Of a stretch of DNA of 64,000 nt, positions 54,330-63,826 are shown piece by piece; the first letter of the stretch is position 1; the number at the start of each line of letters is the position of its first letter. The notes under the pieces were generated by a model. The model was not told where the DNA came from and searched no databases. It worked only from the letters and a program-made list of their open reading frames with translations. This DNA is from an uncultured delta proteobacterium (lineage in GTDB: Bacteria > Desulfobacterota > Binatia > UBA9968): positions 448,001-512,000 of the forward strand of contig CAWFJP010000003.1 of assembly GCA_963816145.1 (NCBI GenBank), given 5' to 3'. A program made the position numbers and the translations under genes.

Positions 54330-54668
54330 ATGCGCAATACTATGGACAAGCTCGGATATATCATTTCGGAAGCGCCAGTCTTTTTCTTAGTGATCTGGGT
54401 TGCCGTGCGGCTGGTGCAATATCGCCGTTATCGAAACAAGCAGCCGCTCTTCTCGGAACGCGACAGGGCGATGCTGTTCCCGGAAAATAAAGTCGATTTG
54501 CGATCGCCGGCGCTGCGGGTCAAATTCGCCCGCTGTATTTTGCTTGCCACCGCCGCGACGTACGTCGAATTCCTCATGTTGGCGCCACTCGGCGCGGCGA
54601 TTTTGTGCATCGCGCTGGTGCTCACCACTGCCGGCATCGTGCAAGGCATCCTGTTCGATCAATCTTAA
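54330..54668 (+). CDS. Hypothetical small membrane protein
   Basis: 112-aa ORF with three hydrophobic segments, filling an intergenic gap. Confidence 0.55.
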   Translation: MRNTMDKLGYIISEAPVFFLVIWVAVRLVQYRRYRNKQPLFSERDRAMLFPENKVDLRSPALRVKFARCILLATAATYVEFLMLAPLGAAILCIALVLTTAGIVQGILFDQS

Positions 54669-54745
54669 TCGGCAGAATGGCCGCTGAACTCTCCAACCCA
54701 GAACCCAAAGGCGTAGCGATGCGGCGCTGAGACTGTTTTTTGAAG

Positions 54746-55207
54746 TCAGTCCTTTACCTGAACGATCACTTCATTTTCCACCGGCGCATTTTGACTCAAC
54801 GAAGCCACGCCGATGGCAGCCCGAGTATGCCGTCCGTTTTCGCCAAACACTTCTATCAGCAAATCTGACTCCCCGTTGGCGACTTTCGGCATATCGGTGA
54901 AGCCCGGTGCGACGTTGACGTAGCAGAGCACTTTGACGATGCGCTCGACTTTATCGAGATCGCCCAGCGCCGCTTTCATCGTCGCCAGATGATTGAGCGC
55001 GCAATTGCGTGCCGCGTCGTAGGCCTGTTCGAGGCTCACCTCGGCGCCGACTCTACCGCGGTATTTGATCACGCCGTTGATCCGGCCAATGTTGCCGCCG
55101 ATGAACAACAGATTGCCGACCCGCACGTAGCCGATGTAATTGGCCGCTGGTGTCGGTGGGTTGGGTAGTTCGATACCAAGAGCTTTGAGTCTATTGTCGA
55201 TTTCCAT
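54746..55207 (-). CDS. RidA/YjgF family protein
   Basis: RL.ALGIELP.P..P.ANY, VANGESDLL..VFG..GRH.R.AIGV..L..APVE. Confidence 0.88.
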   Translation of the reverse strand: MEIDNRLKALGIELPNPPTPAANYIGYVRVGNLLFIGGNIGRINGVIKYRGRVGAEVSLEQAYDAARNCALNHLATMKAALGDLDKVERIVKVLCYVNVAPGFTDMPKVANGESDLLIEVFGENGRHTRAAIGVASLSQNAPVENEVIVQVKD

Positions 55208-55585
55208 GGACACCTCCGCGCTTTTGAAATAATTCCGCAAACCCGACTGGACAGCCGCATCGCGAGACAAATCCCTGTGCAGTTAAACATAATCTGACCC
55301 AACGCTCCCTGAATTCTCGCCAATCGCAAGATTAGCTTGCAATTTCCGAAGCAAGTGGCGAATCTGCAAGGATTGAGAATTATCTCCCGACATTCAACAG
55401 CACAAACAAAATAGTCGACGATCAACCAGAGTTGTGCACCGAAGAACCCGATAGCCGGGGACCAAAAAACCCACTGTTTCTACTCCGTGTCACCCAGAGT
55501 TCTGCAAGCTGTCAGGAAATATAGATCCAATAGGGCAAAATCATGGGCTTAACATGTTGCACGACTTTTGCGCTAGGACGAGGTC

Positions 55586-55882
55586 ATGAGCAACTTTGAG
55601 AGTTTACTCCGCGAGGACCCCGAAGCCTTGATCGACCTGCTGGAAGATATCGTCGCATCGTATCAGGATAACGACTCACGCCCGGCCGACGCGTTAAATC
55701 TATACCGGCAACGAGTTACACTGGGTGCGAGCTATCGGGTCAAACTCGCCAAGGGGTTTGTTGTCGTCGACGGTGGAGCGAGTCATCGACCGGTTCGCCG
55801 GTACCGCAAATCGAACGGCCAGTTTGACCAGTCCCACCTCAAGCTGGTGGCGAAAAACATGTTCCCCGTCGCGACACCCTAG
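55586..55882 (+). CDS. Hypothetical protein
   Basis: 98-aa ORF with GAGG RBS after an AT-rich region; no recognised motif. Confidence 0.5.
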   Translation: MSNFESLLREDPEALIDLLEDIVASYQDNDSRPADALNLYRQRVTLGASYRVKLAKGFVVVDGGASHRPVRRYRKSNGQFDQSHLKLVAKNMFPVATP

Positions 55883-55921
55883 CCTGCCGAACAACGCGTC
55901 CAACCTTCCGGCGCCAACCAC

Positions 55922-56887
55922 TCAGCCTTGCCAATCATAAAACAACCCTGAGTAGTCGGTCGCATAACTGCCACCCTGCTTAACGCCGCGGGGAAACTGC
56001 GCTGCTTGGGGAATGTCCTTGCCGCAGTAAATCTCAAACAAATTGCCCGACGGATCGCGAAAATACATCAGCCCTTTCTTGCCATCGCGCGTCCAAGGCC
56101 CTGGCGCTACGACGCCGTTGCCCTTGAGCCAATCGATCATCGGTAGAAAATTCTCGCCATCTGCGTAAAACGCGTAATGCGGATACTCGGCATGCCGTCC
56201 GGTCCAAACCCCGCTCCGGGTCGACAGTCCGACGATCGCACCGGCGACTCGTACTTCGGTAAAGGTCGCGGGATCGCTGGTCGCCATCGGTTCGCCGCCC
56301 ATGACTTCGATGAAAAATCGCTTCGCCTGTTCGATATCCTTCACCGGAACGCTCAAGTGGGCGAAGCTCGCCAACCGCGGCCGGTTCAACGTCGAGGTGG
56401 CAACCCTGCCGTTCCAGTGATAGTTAAGCGCCGCGAGCGGTAGCGGCACTCCACCCTGGCGCGGTCCCAAGGCTAGGTTATTAATTTCTCCGTAGCCGCT
56501 CTCACAGTAGAGCTCGAGCAAATTTCCCGATGGATCGCGAAAATAGAGCAGCGCAGTTTTGTAATTGCGCGTCCACCCATGGGTCGGCACGCCGCAGCCA
56601 TCGAGCCACGGTTGCGCTAAAGCGAAATCCTTCGGGTCGATATTAAATCCGTAGTGCGGATACTCGGCGTCCCAGCCGGTCCAGCCTTCCGATTGTTCCG
56701 ACAGGCCGACAATCAGGCCTGCCAGCATCACCTCGGCAAAGCCCGGCGTGTCGTGATATAGCTCACCGCCCAAGACTTCAATGTAGAACCGCTTCGATTC
56801 CGCGAGATCGCGGCAGGGTAAACTTACATGATGAAGATAGGCGAACTGTGGATGGGTCGAGAGTGTGTGGGAAGCCAGGTTTTCCAT
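55922..56887 (-). CDS. Two-domain VOC family protein
   Basis: Internally duplicated H.S.P..D...KRF..EV.GGE / AEYPHY.F / YFRDPSGNL.E.YC. Confidence 0.85.
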   Translation of the reverse strand: MENLASHTLSTHPQFAYLHHVSLPCRDLAESKRFYIEVLGGELYHDTPGFAEVMLAGLIVGLSEQSEGWTGWDAEYPHYGFNIDPKDFALAQPWLDGCGVPTHGWTRNYKTALLYFRDPSGNLLELYCESGYGEINNLALGPRQGGVPLPLAALNYHWNGRVATSTLNRPRLASFAHLSVPVKDIEQAKRFFIEVMGGEPMATSDPATFTEVRVAGAIVGLSTRSGVWTGRHAEYPHYAFYADGENFLPMIDWLKGNGVVAPGPWTRDGKKGLMYFRDPSGNLFEIYCGKDIPQAAQFPRGVKQGGSYATDYSGLFYDWQG

Positions 56888-57136
56888 GGTTCGGCTCCTA
56901 ATTGAATAGCTGAACGGAGTCTTACACCAAACATTCAACACCGACAAGGTAATTCGTCTTGACCAGCATCTGTAGGTTCCAATTCACCAACTAACCCAAG
57001 AATTTCTGGTTTCAACGTTCAACGTATACTCGAGCGGTTGCTGGACAGCATCCCGGAGCGCCAAAAGCGTCAACCTAGCGGGCCCCGCACGGGCGGGCGC
57101 CTCCAGATCGGCCAAAAGAGTAAACTGCGAGATTTG

Positions 57137-57165
57137 GTAAACCTTTCCCCTTTGGCGCCGTCTAA
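57137..57165 (+). promoter_or_regulatory. ECF sigma-type promoter candidate
   Basis: GTAAAC-N16-CGTCTAA shortly upstream of a Spy/CpxP-like gene. Confidence 0.45.
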
Positions 57166-57198
57166 TCGATCAAAATCTCACACCCTTAAGGAGGGAAT

Positions 57199-57711
57199 AT
57201 GAATAAAGTAACAGCTTTAATATTCGGTGGTGCGGCGCTGGCGGCGGTCGCGCTGGTCTCCGCACCCATGGCAGCAGCCCCGGACGGAGGCGGACCCGGT
57301 GGCGGACCCTTTGCCCATCGCGCCCGTATGGGCGGTGGGTTTGGCGGCGGCGCGCCGTTGATCAACATCGCGCTCCAGCATAAGAGCGAGCTCAACTTGG
57401 CCACCGATCAGGTAGCTAATCTGGAAAAAATCAAGAGCCACTACCAAAGCCAGGTGGCCCCGCTGCACCAACAGATCCAAACGGCCGAAAAGGAGATCGC
57501 CACCCTGAGCCAGCAATCGCCGGCGAACTTGATTCAGATCAAGGCAAAGATTCAGGAGACTGAGAAGGTCCGGTCGGAGCTTCGTTACCTGGGGGTCGAA
57601 GCGTTGGAAAATGGCCGGTCGGTGCTAACCGTCCAACAGCGTGACCAGCTGAAGACCCTGATAGGCTCTCGCCAGCAGAATTTCCGCCAGATGCACAAGC
57701 AACCGTCGTAA
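57199..57711 (+). CDS. Spy/CpxP-like periplasmic helical protein
   Basis: Signal peptide, Gly-rich linker, LNL..DQ and VLTVQQR (LTxxQ) motifs. Confidence 0.78.
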   Translation: MNKVTALIFGGAALAAVALVSAPMAAAPDGGGPGGGPFAHRARMGGGFGGGAPLINIALQHKSELNLATDQVANLEKIKSHYQSQVAPLHQQIQTAEKEIATLSQQSPANLIQIKAKIQETEKVRSELRYLGVEALENGRSVLTVQQRDQLKTLIGSRQQNFRQMHKQPS

Positions 57712-57737
57712 AAAACAAGGTAATGATTCGAGCCAAT

Positions 57738-57771
57738 GGCGGTCAAGCTCAGCGAAGCTTGGCCGCCTTTT
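57738..57771 (+). terminator. Rho-independent terminator
   Basis: ggcggtcaagct-cagcga-agcttggccgcc-tttt. Confidence 0.7.
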
Positions 57772-57851
57772 ATTCAGGCGAACCGACAGCAAGGCCCAGC
57801 TGATGCATTGTCGGCGAAAGTTCGGTAAAATTATCGGGAGATTAAGTAACG

Positions 57852-58505
57852 ATGATCACCACGGTTATTTTCGATCTCGATGGCCTGCTGGCCGACACCG
57901 AGCGGCTCCATTGCCAAGCTTACCAGATGGCGCTGCTTGAACACGGTGTCCAACTCACCGAAGCGGACTACGGTGAGCATTGGGTGCGCTGCGGCAAAGG
58001 GATCTATGAGTGGGTCGGCCAACAGGGGCTTGAACTCGATCCCGGCGCGTTACGAGCCCGCAAGGCGACGCACTACCAGGAATTGCTACGCTCGTCGCTG
58101 CGTCCCATGGAGGGCGCCGAAGCGCTGTTAAATCGATTAACCGGCAATATGCGCATCGGTCTCGCCTCCTCTTCCCATCGCGACGCGGTCGACGGCGTCA
58201 TTTATGGTTTAGGGATCGCCAACTATTTTGAAACCATCGTTAGCGGCCTCGATGTCGCCCGAGTGAAGCCGGCGCCGGATATTTTCCTTGAAACCGCTAA
58301 TCGTCTTGGCGTCGCTCCCACCGAATGCGCCGTACTTGAAGACGCTGAGAAAGGCGTACTCGCGGCCCACGCCGCCGGCATGCGCTGCGTAGCCGTGCCC
58401 AATGATTACACACGGCAACATGATTTTTCCAAAGCGAGTCATATTTGCTCGTCGCTCAACGACGTTACGGTCAATTTATTGCGAGACCTCGGAATAAACT
58501 TGTAG
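57852..58505 (+). CDS. HAD-IA family phosphatase
   Basis: FDLDGLL.DTE, LASSS, KPAPDIF, LEDAEKG. Confidence 0.9.
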   Translation: MITTVIFDLDGLLADTERLHCQAYQMALLEHGVQLTEADYGEHWVRCGKGIYEWVGQQGLELDPGALRARKATHYQELLRSSLRPMEGAEALLNRLTGNMRIGLASSSHRDAVDGVIYGLGIANYFETIVSGLDVARVKPAPDIFLETANRLGVAPTECAVLEDAEKGVLAAHAAGMRCVAVPNDYTRQHDFSKASHICSSLNDVTVNLLRDLGINL

Positions 58506-58528
58506 ACGGAGCAACTATTTTTAGCTCT

Positions 58529-59251
58529 ATGGCCGCCTTTCTGCACAAGTATTTCTCGCTTCTCCTAGTGCTTTCGTTGCTCGCTCCGCTTTGGCTCGGC
58601 GTCGTTTCGGCGCCGGCACCGGAACTCCCCGGCGCGCTTCATACCGCTACGGTTTGGAGCGGCATACTTCTGGGAGGATGGACGGTTCTCCGCTTTATCC
58701 AGCGTTACCATGTACGAGGAATTTGGCGCAGCCCGACCCGGCAGGAGTCGTCCTTATACATGCGACTGTTGCTCGCCGTGTTACTGGTCGACTTCGGATC
58801 GAAAGCATTGTTCTTTCGCTGGGATCGCCCGGAACAAGTGGAGATCTTTCCAAACTTTGGCCTCCATTCGGTTTTTCATGTGACCCAATTCGAGACTTTT
58901 CACATTTATTTAATCCTTTACTTCGCCTATGGCTTTCTCCTCGGACCGTTGTTTTTCCGCTTCGCCAATCCGGCCCTCGACCGGCTCTGGCTCGGATCGG
59001 CTCCCTTCGCCTTGGGCGGCGCCTTGGCGCTGAGCTTCGAACGCTACCTCTTCGGCGGGGTGCACAATTCATTCTACGTCGCCGGACCGCTCATGTGGAT
59101 TTGCCCGCCATGTGCATCGCCGGCGTTTAGCAGTTACGCCTGGACCCCAGCCGACTTTTTCGTCCACGCGGCGATACTCCCCTTCTTCATTTTGTTGTTG
59201 TCTTACTTCCCCTCGACTCGACCATCTGTTGGCGAGATCAACGGTCGATGA
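58529..59251 (+). CDS. Membrane protein resembling a degenerate signal peptidase II (LspA-like)
   Basis: LLVDFGSK, LGGALALSFERYLFGGVHNSF, AWTPADFF in LspA motif order. Confidence 0.5.
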   Translation: MAAFLHKYFSLLLVLSLLAPLWLGVVSAPAPELPGALHTATVWSGILLGGWTVLRFIQRYHVRGIWRSPTRQESSLYMRLLLAVLLVDFGSKALFFRWDRPEQVEIFPNFGLHSVFHVTQFETFHIYLILYFAYGFLLGPLFFRFANPALDRLWLGSAPFALGGALALSFERYLFGGVHNSFYVAGPLMWICPPCASPAFSSYAWTPADFFVHAAILPFFILLLSYFPSTRPSVGEINGR

Positions 59252-59358
59252 GTCCGCGTCGAGGACCGGGCACGGCCCGGGAAAACTCTCTTGCAGTCAG
59301 CGAAACCCTATCGTAGGTTGATGGACCAAGAATTTAGATAAGGAGCTAAAGATTCATT

Positions 59359-60357
59359 ATGGCCTCAGCTGAATTGATCGTCGACGTCCATCACCACTAT
59401 ATGCCGGCCCAACTGTTCGATCGTCTCGCCGCCCAAGCCGGCGGCAAACGGATCGTCACCAAGGAAATCAGTCTAACGCTGCACCCATCGCGCAAAGACC
59501 TCGACGCCCACATCAAAGCGATGGACGAAGCCGGGGTCACGGTATCGATCCTCACCGACCAAGTGCAGGTCATGGGCGCTGACGTGGCCCGCGCCTTGAA
59601 CGACGGCGTCGCCGCGGTGGAGAAAAAACACCCGACGCGCTTTCGCAGCGCAATCCATATGGCGATACACGAACCCGAAAACGCCAAGCGTGAGCTCGAG
59701 CGCGGCATCCATGAACTCGGACTGCGCTCGGTCGCCCTGCTCGCCTGTCACCTCGATATCCAGCTCGACAACCCGCAAATGTTTCCGCTTTACGAGATCA
59801 TTCAAAAGAACCATTTGCCGATCATTATTCACCCCCAATCCAAACCGACCGGTTCGGAGACAACCTACAGCTTGGACCGCTGCGTGTTTCGGCCGCTCGA
59901 AACCACCCAAGCGATCGTGCGCATCATGAACGCGGTCCTACCGCGTTTTCCCGAACTGCGCTTCATCATCCCACATCTGGGCGGGGCAGCGTCGTCGCTC
60001 AAAGGGCGCATGATGGCGTTTTTCGAAACCGATGACGCGCCGATTCCGGCGGATATGCGCGGCTATTTGAAAACTCAAAACGAACAGAAAAAGTTCGGCG
60101 TCACGGAAAGATTTGAAAAACTATTTCAGCGCTTATATTTCGATACTGCCGGAACCGGCGCCTGGCTGCCGTCGATGGCCGCGGCTTTGAATATCACCAC
60201 CGCCGACCGCATCATGTTTGGTAGCGACTATCCGCTCGAGTGCAAGAGCGCCGCGAACATCATCGAGTCCATCGATATGGTGCGCCAAGCGCCCTGCTCA
60301 AGCGCGGACAAAACCGCAATCCTAGGCAATACCGCCGCCGGCGTTTTCAATCTATGA
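59359..60357 (+). CDS. Amidohydrolase_2 family protein (ACMSD/LigI-like)
   Basis: VDVHHH, IIHP, IPHLGG, LYFDT, IMFGSDYP. Confidence 0.88.
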   Translation: MASAELIVDVHHHYMPAQLFDRLAAQAGGKRIVTKEISLTLHPSRKDLDAHIKAMDEAGVTVSILTDQVQVMGADVARALNDGVAAVEKKHPTRFRSAIHMAIHEPENAKRELERGIHELGLRSVALLACHLDIQLDNPQMFPLYEIIQKNHLPIIIHPQSKPTGSETTYSLDRCVFRPLETTQAIVRIMNAVLPRFPELRFIIPHLGGAASSLKGRMMAFFETDDAPIPADMRGYLKTQNEQKKFGVTERFEKLFQRLYFDTAGTGAWLPSMAAALNITTADRIMFGSDYPLECKSAANIIESIDMVRQAPCSSADKTAILGNTAAGVFNL

Positions 60358-60917
60358 AGATATTTTTCATGGGCGCGCTCGTTGCATTACTTGCAGCAAG
60401 CGCGCCGGTGGAGAATCGACCGCGTCAAAGCGAACTGCCGACATCCGGTCGGTTCGACCCGACAGCCAAGGTCAACGTTCCGGTTATCCTGTGCATCGAT
60501 GACAAACCGACCCTAGGCGGGCAACCCTCGGGCGATGCTTACGCCAAGGCCGCGGCCAATGGCTTTCGCTCGGTGCTTACGCTGCGATCACCGAAAGACG
60601 GCGTGGACACGTTGCGCGAGCGCTTCTTGGTGGAAAATAACCGGATGCGCTACTTCAATATTCCAACCGCCAAATCGATACCGAACACCAAGCAGGTCGA
60701 CGAATTTCTCCAGCTCACCGCAGACCCAAACAATCATCCGATGTTGGTCAATTGCGCCTTCGCCGAGCGGGTCGCTCCCTACATGATGATTTTCCGCATC
60801 CGGGAGGAAGGCTGGAGTGAACAAAATGCCCTGGAGGAAGCCGTTCGATTAGGACTGCCGCAAGACGAAATGCGCAAGTTTGCCCGCAGCTATTTAACAC
60901 TGCGATCAGTGAAATGA
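60354..60917 (+). CDS. Exported phosphatase-fold protein (DUF442/sulfur-transferase-like)
   Basis: Signal peptide, GGQPS, GFRSVL.LR, Y.NIP, P.LVNCAFAERV (CX4R). Confidence 0.65.
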   Translation: MKIFFMGALVALLAASAPVENRPRQSELPTSGRFDPTAKVNVPVILCIDDKPTLGGQPSGDAYAKAAANGFRSVLTLRSPKDGVDTLRERFLVENNRMRYFNIPTAKSIPNTKQVDEFLQLTADPNNHPMLVNCAFAERVAPYMMIFRIREEGWSEQNALEEAVRLGLPQDEMRKFARSYLTLRSVK

Positions 60918-61471
60918 TCCGGTGTCACAAGGGCACTTAAACAAGTCTGGATAAGAATCTTAGGATCCGAGTCAAAGAACAGTTTACCAAGGCTCGGTTT
61001 CCGACAGACCTCGACGATTTTCTTGATGTGATCCGCCACCCCGCCGCTGCCCTGTAAAACACCTATCACCTTGCCCTCATCGTAAGCGATGGTGAATTCG
61101 TTCAAAGTTCCGGTGGCACCGCCCAAAATGATCACGATGTCTGACGAGCGAATGTTAATGACGTTGCGCCCCTTGTATCCAAACCCCGTGTAAACGATCA
61201 CATCCGCGCCGTCATCGGGCAAGCCGTAGCGCTGCACATGCTGAGCGTTATTCTCAGCGGGCGAAATTCCCAAAGCAAACCCACCTTGCTTGCGAAACGC
61301 AGTGGCCACCATGGCTGGTAACCCCGTCGTCGCCCCGGTGACCAAGAAACAGTCCGCTTGCGCAATTGCGGTCCCCAGACATTCAGCAAGTTGTTGCAAT
61401 CGCACCGACGCAATATGACTGAGACCATCATTTGCCGAGGCGCCCATGACGCCGATGACTAGCTTGCGCAT
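60890..61471 (-). CDS. SLOG/LOG superfamily protein (TIGR00725-like)
   Basis: IGVMG, LVTGATTG, GISP, TG.G..GRN.IN..SSD, GG.TGTLNE. Confidence 0.8.
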   Translation of the reverse strand: MRKLVIGVMGASANDGLSHIASVRLQQLAECLGTAIAQADCFLVTGATTGLPAMVATAFRKQGGFALGISPAENNAQHVQRYGLPDDGADVIVYTGFGYKGRNVINIRSSDIVIILGGATGTLNEFTIAYDEGKVIGVLQGSGGVADHIKKIVEVCRKPSLGKLFFDSDPKILIQTCLSALVTPDHFTDRSVK

Positions 61472-61531
61472 AGCTCCCTCCAAATCGGATTTTTGATTGA
61501 CAGCAGCACAAGTTTTGATAGTTTCGCGCCA

Positions 61532-62569
61532 ATGGTCAAAATCTATGTGCGAATCGGTCTGCCTTCCGCCGCGCTCGTTTTCATCCTAACAATCGCCGAG
61601 AGTTTCACAACCAGTTTCGCGGCGGAAGTCGCGCTCTTCGAGAAGGCTAAGGCTGAAGGCAAGTTGGTCGCCTATCTAGCCATGAACGCTGCCGATGCGG
61701 TCACGGTTCAAGCCAGCTTTGAAAAGAAATATTCAGCCATTAAAGTCGAACTCGTGCGCATGGGCGCGCCCTCTATCTTGCAAAGGATTTTGACTGAGCA
61801 GCGCGGGGGGAAGACTTTCGCCGATGTCGTGCTAGGCTTTGGCTTTGTCCACTATGAACTGGCCCAACAAAAACTTCTTGCCAAGTACGACTCGCCCGAG
61901 CGCAAAAACTATGTCGGCCAATTCAAGGATGCTGAAGGGTATTGGACAAACGTCATGCCCATCGTCCACACCATCGCCTACAACTCCACACTTGTACCCA
62001 GCAGCGAACTGCCGACCCGTTACGCCGACCTTTTGCAGCCAAAATGGCAAGGTCGATTAGGCTTGAACAGCAACAACTTAATGTTCCTGGCCGCTATGAT
62101 GGCCCATTTCGGCAGGGATGCCGGCATGGATTTCTTACAAAAGCTTGCAGCCCAATCACCACAGGTGCGCAGCGGTGGTACCTTACTAGCAACCTTGGTT
62201 GCCGCCGGTGAGTTTCCTTTAGGATTTTCGATCAACGAAAACAACGTCGAGAATTTGAGACTCAAAGGAGCGCCCGTGGATTGGCTGAAACCGGCCGACC
62301 CATTCTACGGGGAACTGGTGCCCATCGGCATCATGGCGGGAGCGGCGCATCCGAATGCGGCGCGGCTTTTTATCGATTATGTGTTGTCGAAAGAAGGACA
62401 GGAGCTATTTCGCAATATGGGAAAGATCCCGGCGCGCGGCGATGTCACGCCCAAGATCAATCTCGATCGCGATAAGATCCGCATGATTCCGCCGGAAGAA
62501 TCGGCGCGGACCAATTATTACGCCAAGCTTTTCGATGACCTGTTCGTGAAACGGACGACGGTCAAATGA
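61532..62569 (+). CDS. Extracellular solute-binding protein (Fe3+/thiamine-type ABC SBP)
   Basis: AKAEGKL..Y, YNSTLV..LP..Y.DLLQPKWQG, AAHPNAARLFIDY.LSKEGQ; paralog of 53041-54144. Confidence 0.85.
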   Translation: MVKIYVRIGLPSAALVFILTIAESFTTSFAAEVALFEKAKAEGKLVAYLAMNAADAVTVQASFEKKYSAIKVELVRMGAPSILQRILTEQRGGKTFADVVLGFGFVHYELAQQKLLAKYDSPERKNYVGQFKDAEGYWTNVMPIVHTIAYNSTLVPSSELPTRYADLLQPKWQGRLGLNSNNLMFLAAMMAHFGRDAGMDFLQKLAAQSPQVRSGGTLLATLVAAGEFPLGFSINENNVENLRLKGAPVDWLKPADPFYGELVPIGIMAGAAHPNAARLFIDYVLSKEGQELFRNMGKIPARGDVTPKINLDRDKIRMIPPEESARTNYYAKLFDDLFVKRTTVK

Positions 62570-63761
62570 CTTTATCGCGCTGCAACCCTTCTATGGCGGC
62601 GGCATCGTAACCCAGCTCAGACAGGATCGCCGCATTATTCTCACCTAGACCTGGAATGCGGTCATAGCGCGCGTCGCTCTTCGACATCTTAAGCGCATTG
62701 GCGATCACCGGAATCTTGCCCACTGGCGACTCTGCCTCTCGTATCAACTTGCGGGCCACCACCTGAGGATGCGCCAGCACTTGCGCGATGCCGCGCACGA
62801 TGCCGTGCGGCAGATCGGCTTTTTTCAGTTGTACCAGCCAATGTTGGTGGTCGCGGGACGCGAAAATATTCTCGATGGTTTCTTCCAGCGCGTTGCGGTT
62901 CTTGCGCCGATCTTGAACCGTGGCGAAGCGCCCGTCGGTCAGCAATTCCGGCTTTTCGATCACGACTTTACAAAATACATCCCAATCCGCCGGACTCGCC
63001 ACAGCCAAATTCACATACTCGCCGTCGCCGGCCAAATACGGGCCGTAGGGACAAACATAATGATGCCGCATACCGACCCGGCCGGGCTCCTCTCCGGCAT
63101 GCCAATAATGATGCGGGAAATATCCAAGCCAGGAGACGATGGAATCGAGCATGGAAACATCGACGAGCTGACCCTCCCCGGTCTTTTCCCGCTGGTAGAG
63201 CGCGAGCAAAATACCAATCGCCGCGTACATGCCGGATGCGATATCGGCGATGGCGATGCCGGCGCGCGCCGGCTTGTCCGGATAACCGGTGGTGGCGATG
63301 ATCCCGCCTTCGCCCTGAATCAGCAGATCGTAGGCTTTCACGTCGCGATAAGGACCGTCTTGACCGTAACCGGAGAGCGAGCAATAGATCAGCCGCGGAT
63401 TGAGTTCAGACAATTTTTCGTAACCGAGCCCAAGCCGGCCGGCGACGCCGGGGGCATAGTTCTCGAAGAAGATATCCGATTGCTGCGCCAGCTTTTGAAG
63501 TATTTCCCGCCCCTGATCTTTCTTCACATCCAGCGTCAAGCTGCGTTTGTTGCGATTGAGCCAAACGTAACCGGAGGACAGACCCTTCACGACCGAATCC
63601 CAGGAGCGAATCACATCACCCACGCCCGGTCGCTCGACCTTGATTACCTCCGCCCCCATGTCCGCCAGCAAACAAGTCGCGAACGGCCCCGAGAGCACCT
63701 GCTCGAAAGCAAGAATCTTAACTCCATCCAGCGCTCGCAAGGGTTTCGAATTACTGGCCAC
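62562..63761 (-). CDS. CaiB/BaiF family (class III) CoA-transferase
   Basis: LDGVKIL, GPF...LADMGAEVIKVE, NRNKRSL.LD, SGYGQDGP, AYD. Confidence 0.92.
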   Translation of the reverse strand: MASNSKPLRALDGVKILAFEQVLSGPFATCLLADMGAEVIKVERPGVGDVIRSWDSVVKGLSSGYVWLNRNKRSLTLDVKKDQGREILQKLAQQSDIFFENYAPGVAGRLGLGYEKLSELNPRLIYCSLSGYGQDGPYRDVKAYDLLIQGEGGIIATTGYPDKPARAGIAIADIASGMYAAIGILLALYQREKTGEGQLVDVSMLDSIVSWLGYFPHHYWHAGEEPGRVGMRHHYVCPYGPYLAGDGEYVNLAVASPADWDVFCKVVIEKPELLTDGRFATVQDRRKNRNALEETIENIFASRDHQHWLVQLKKADLPHGIVRGIAQVLAHPQVVARKLIREAESPVGKIPVIANALKMSKSDARYDRIPGLGENNAAILSELGYDAAAIEGLQRDKVI

Positions 63762-63789
63762 ACTTACCTCGGTTTTCTTGAATGACGTT

Positions 63790-63823
63790 TTGAACGGCTT
63801 GAATGATTTAAACCTATTGAACG
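63790..63823. repeat. Degenerate TTGAAC 9-bp tandem repeat
   Basis: ttgaacggc ttgaatgat ttaaaccta ttgaacg. Confidence 0.55.
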
Positions 63824-63826
63824 AGT

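Noticed and set aside
60890-61471. SLOG protein as part of a nucleotide-signalling defence system
   Set aside because: Stand-alone TIGR00725-like gene with no adjacent effector, TIR or cyclase genes
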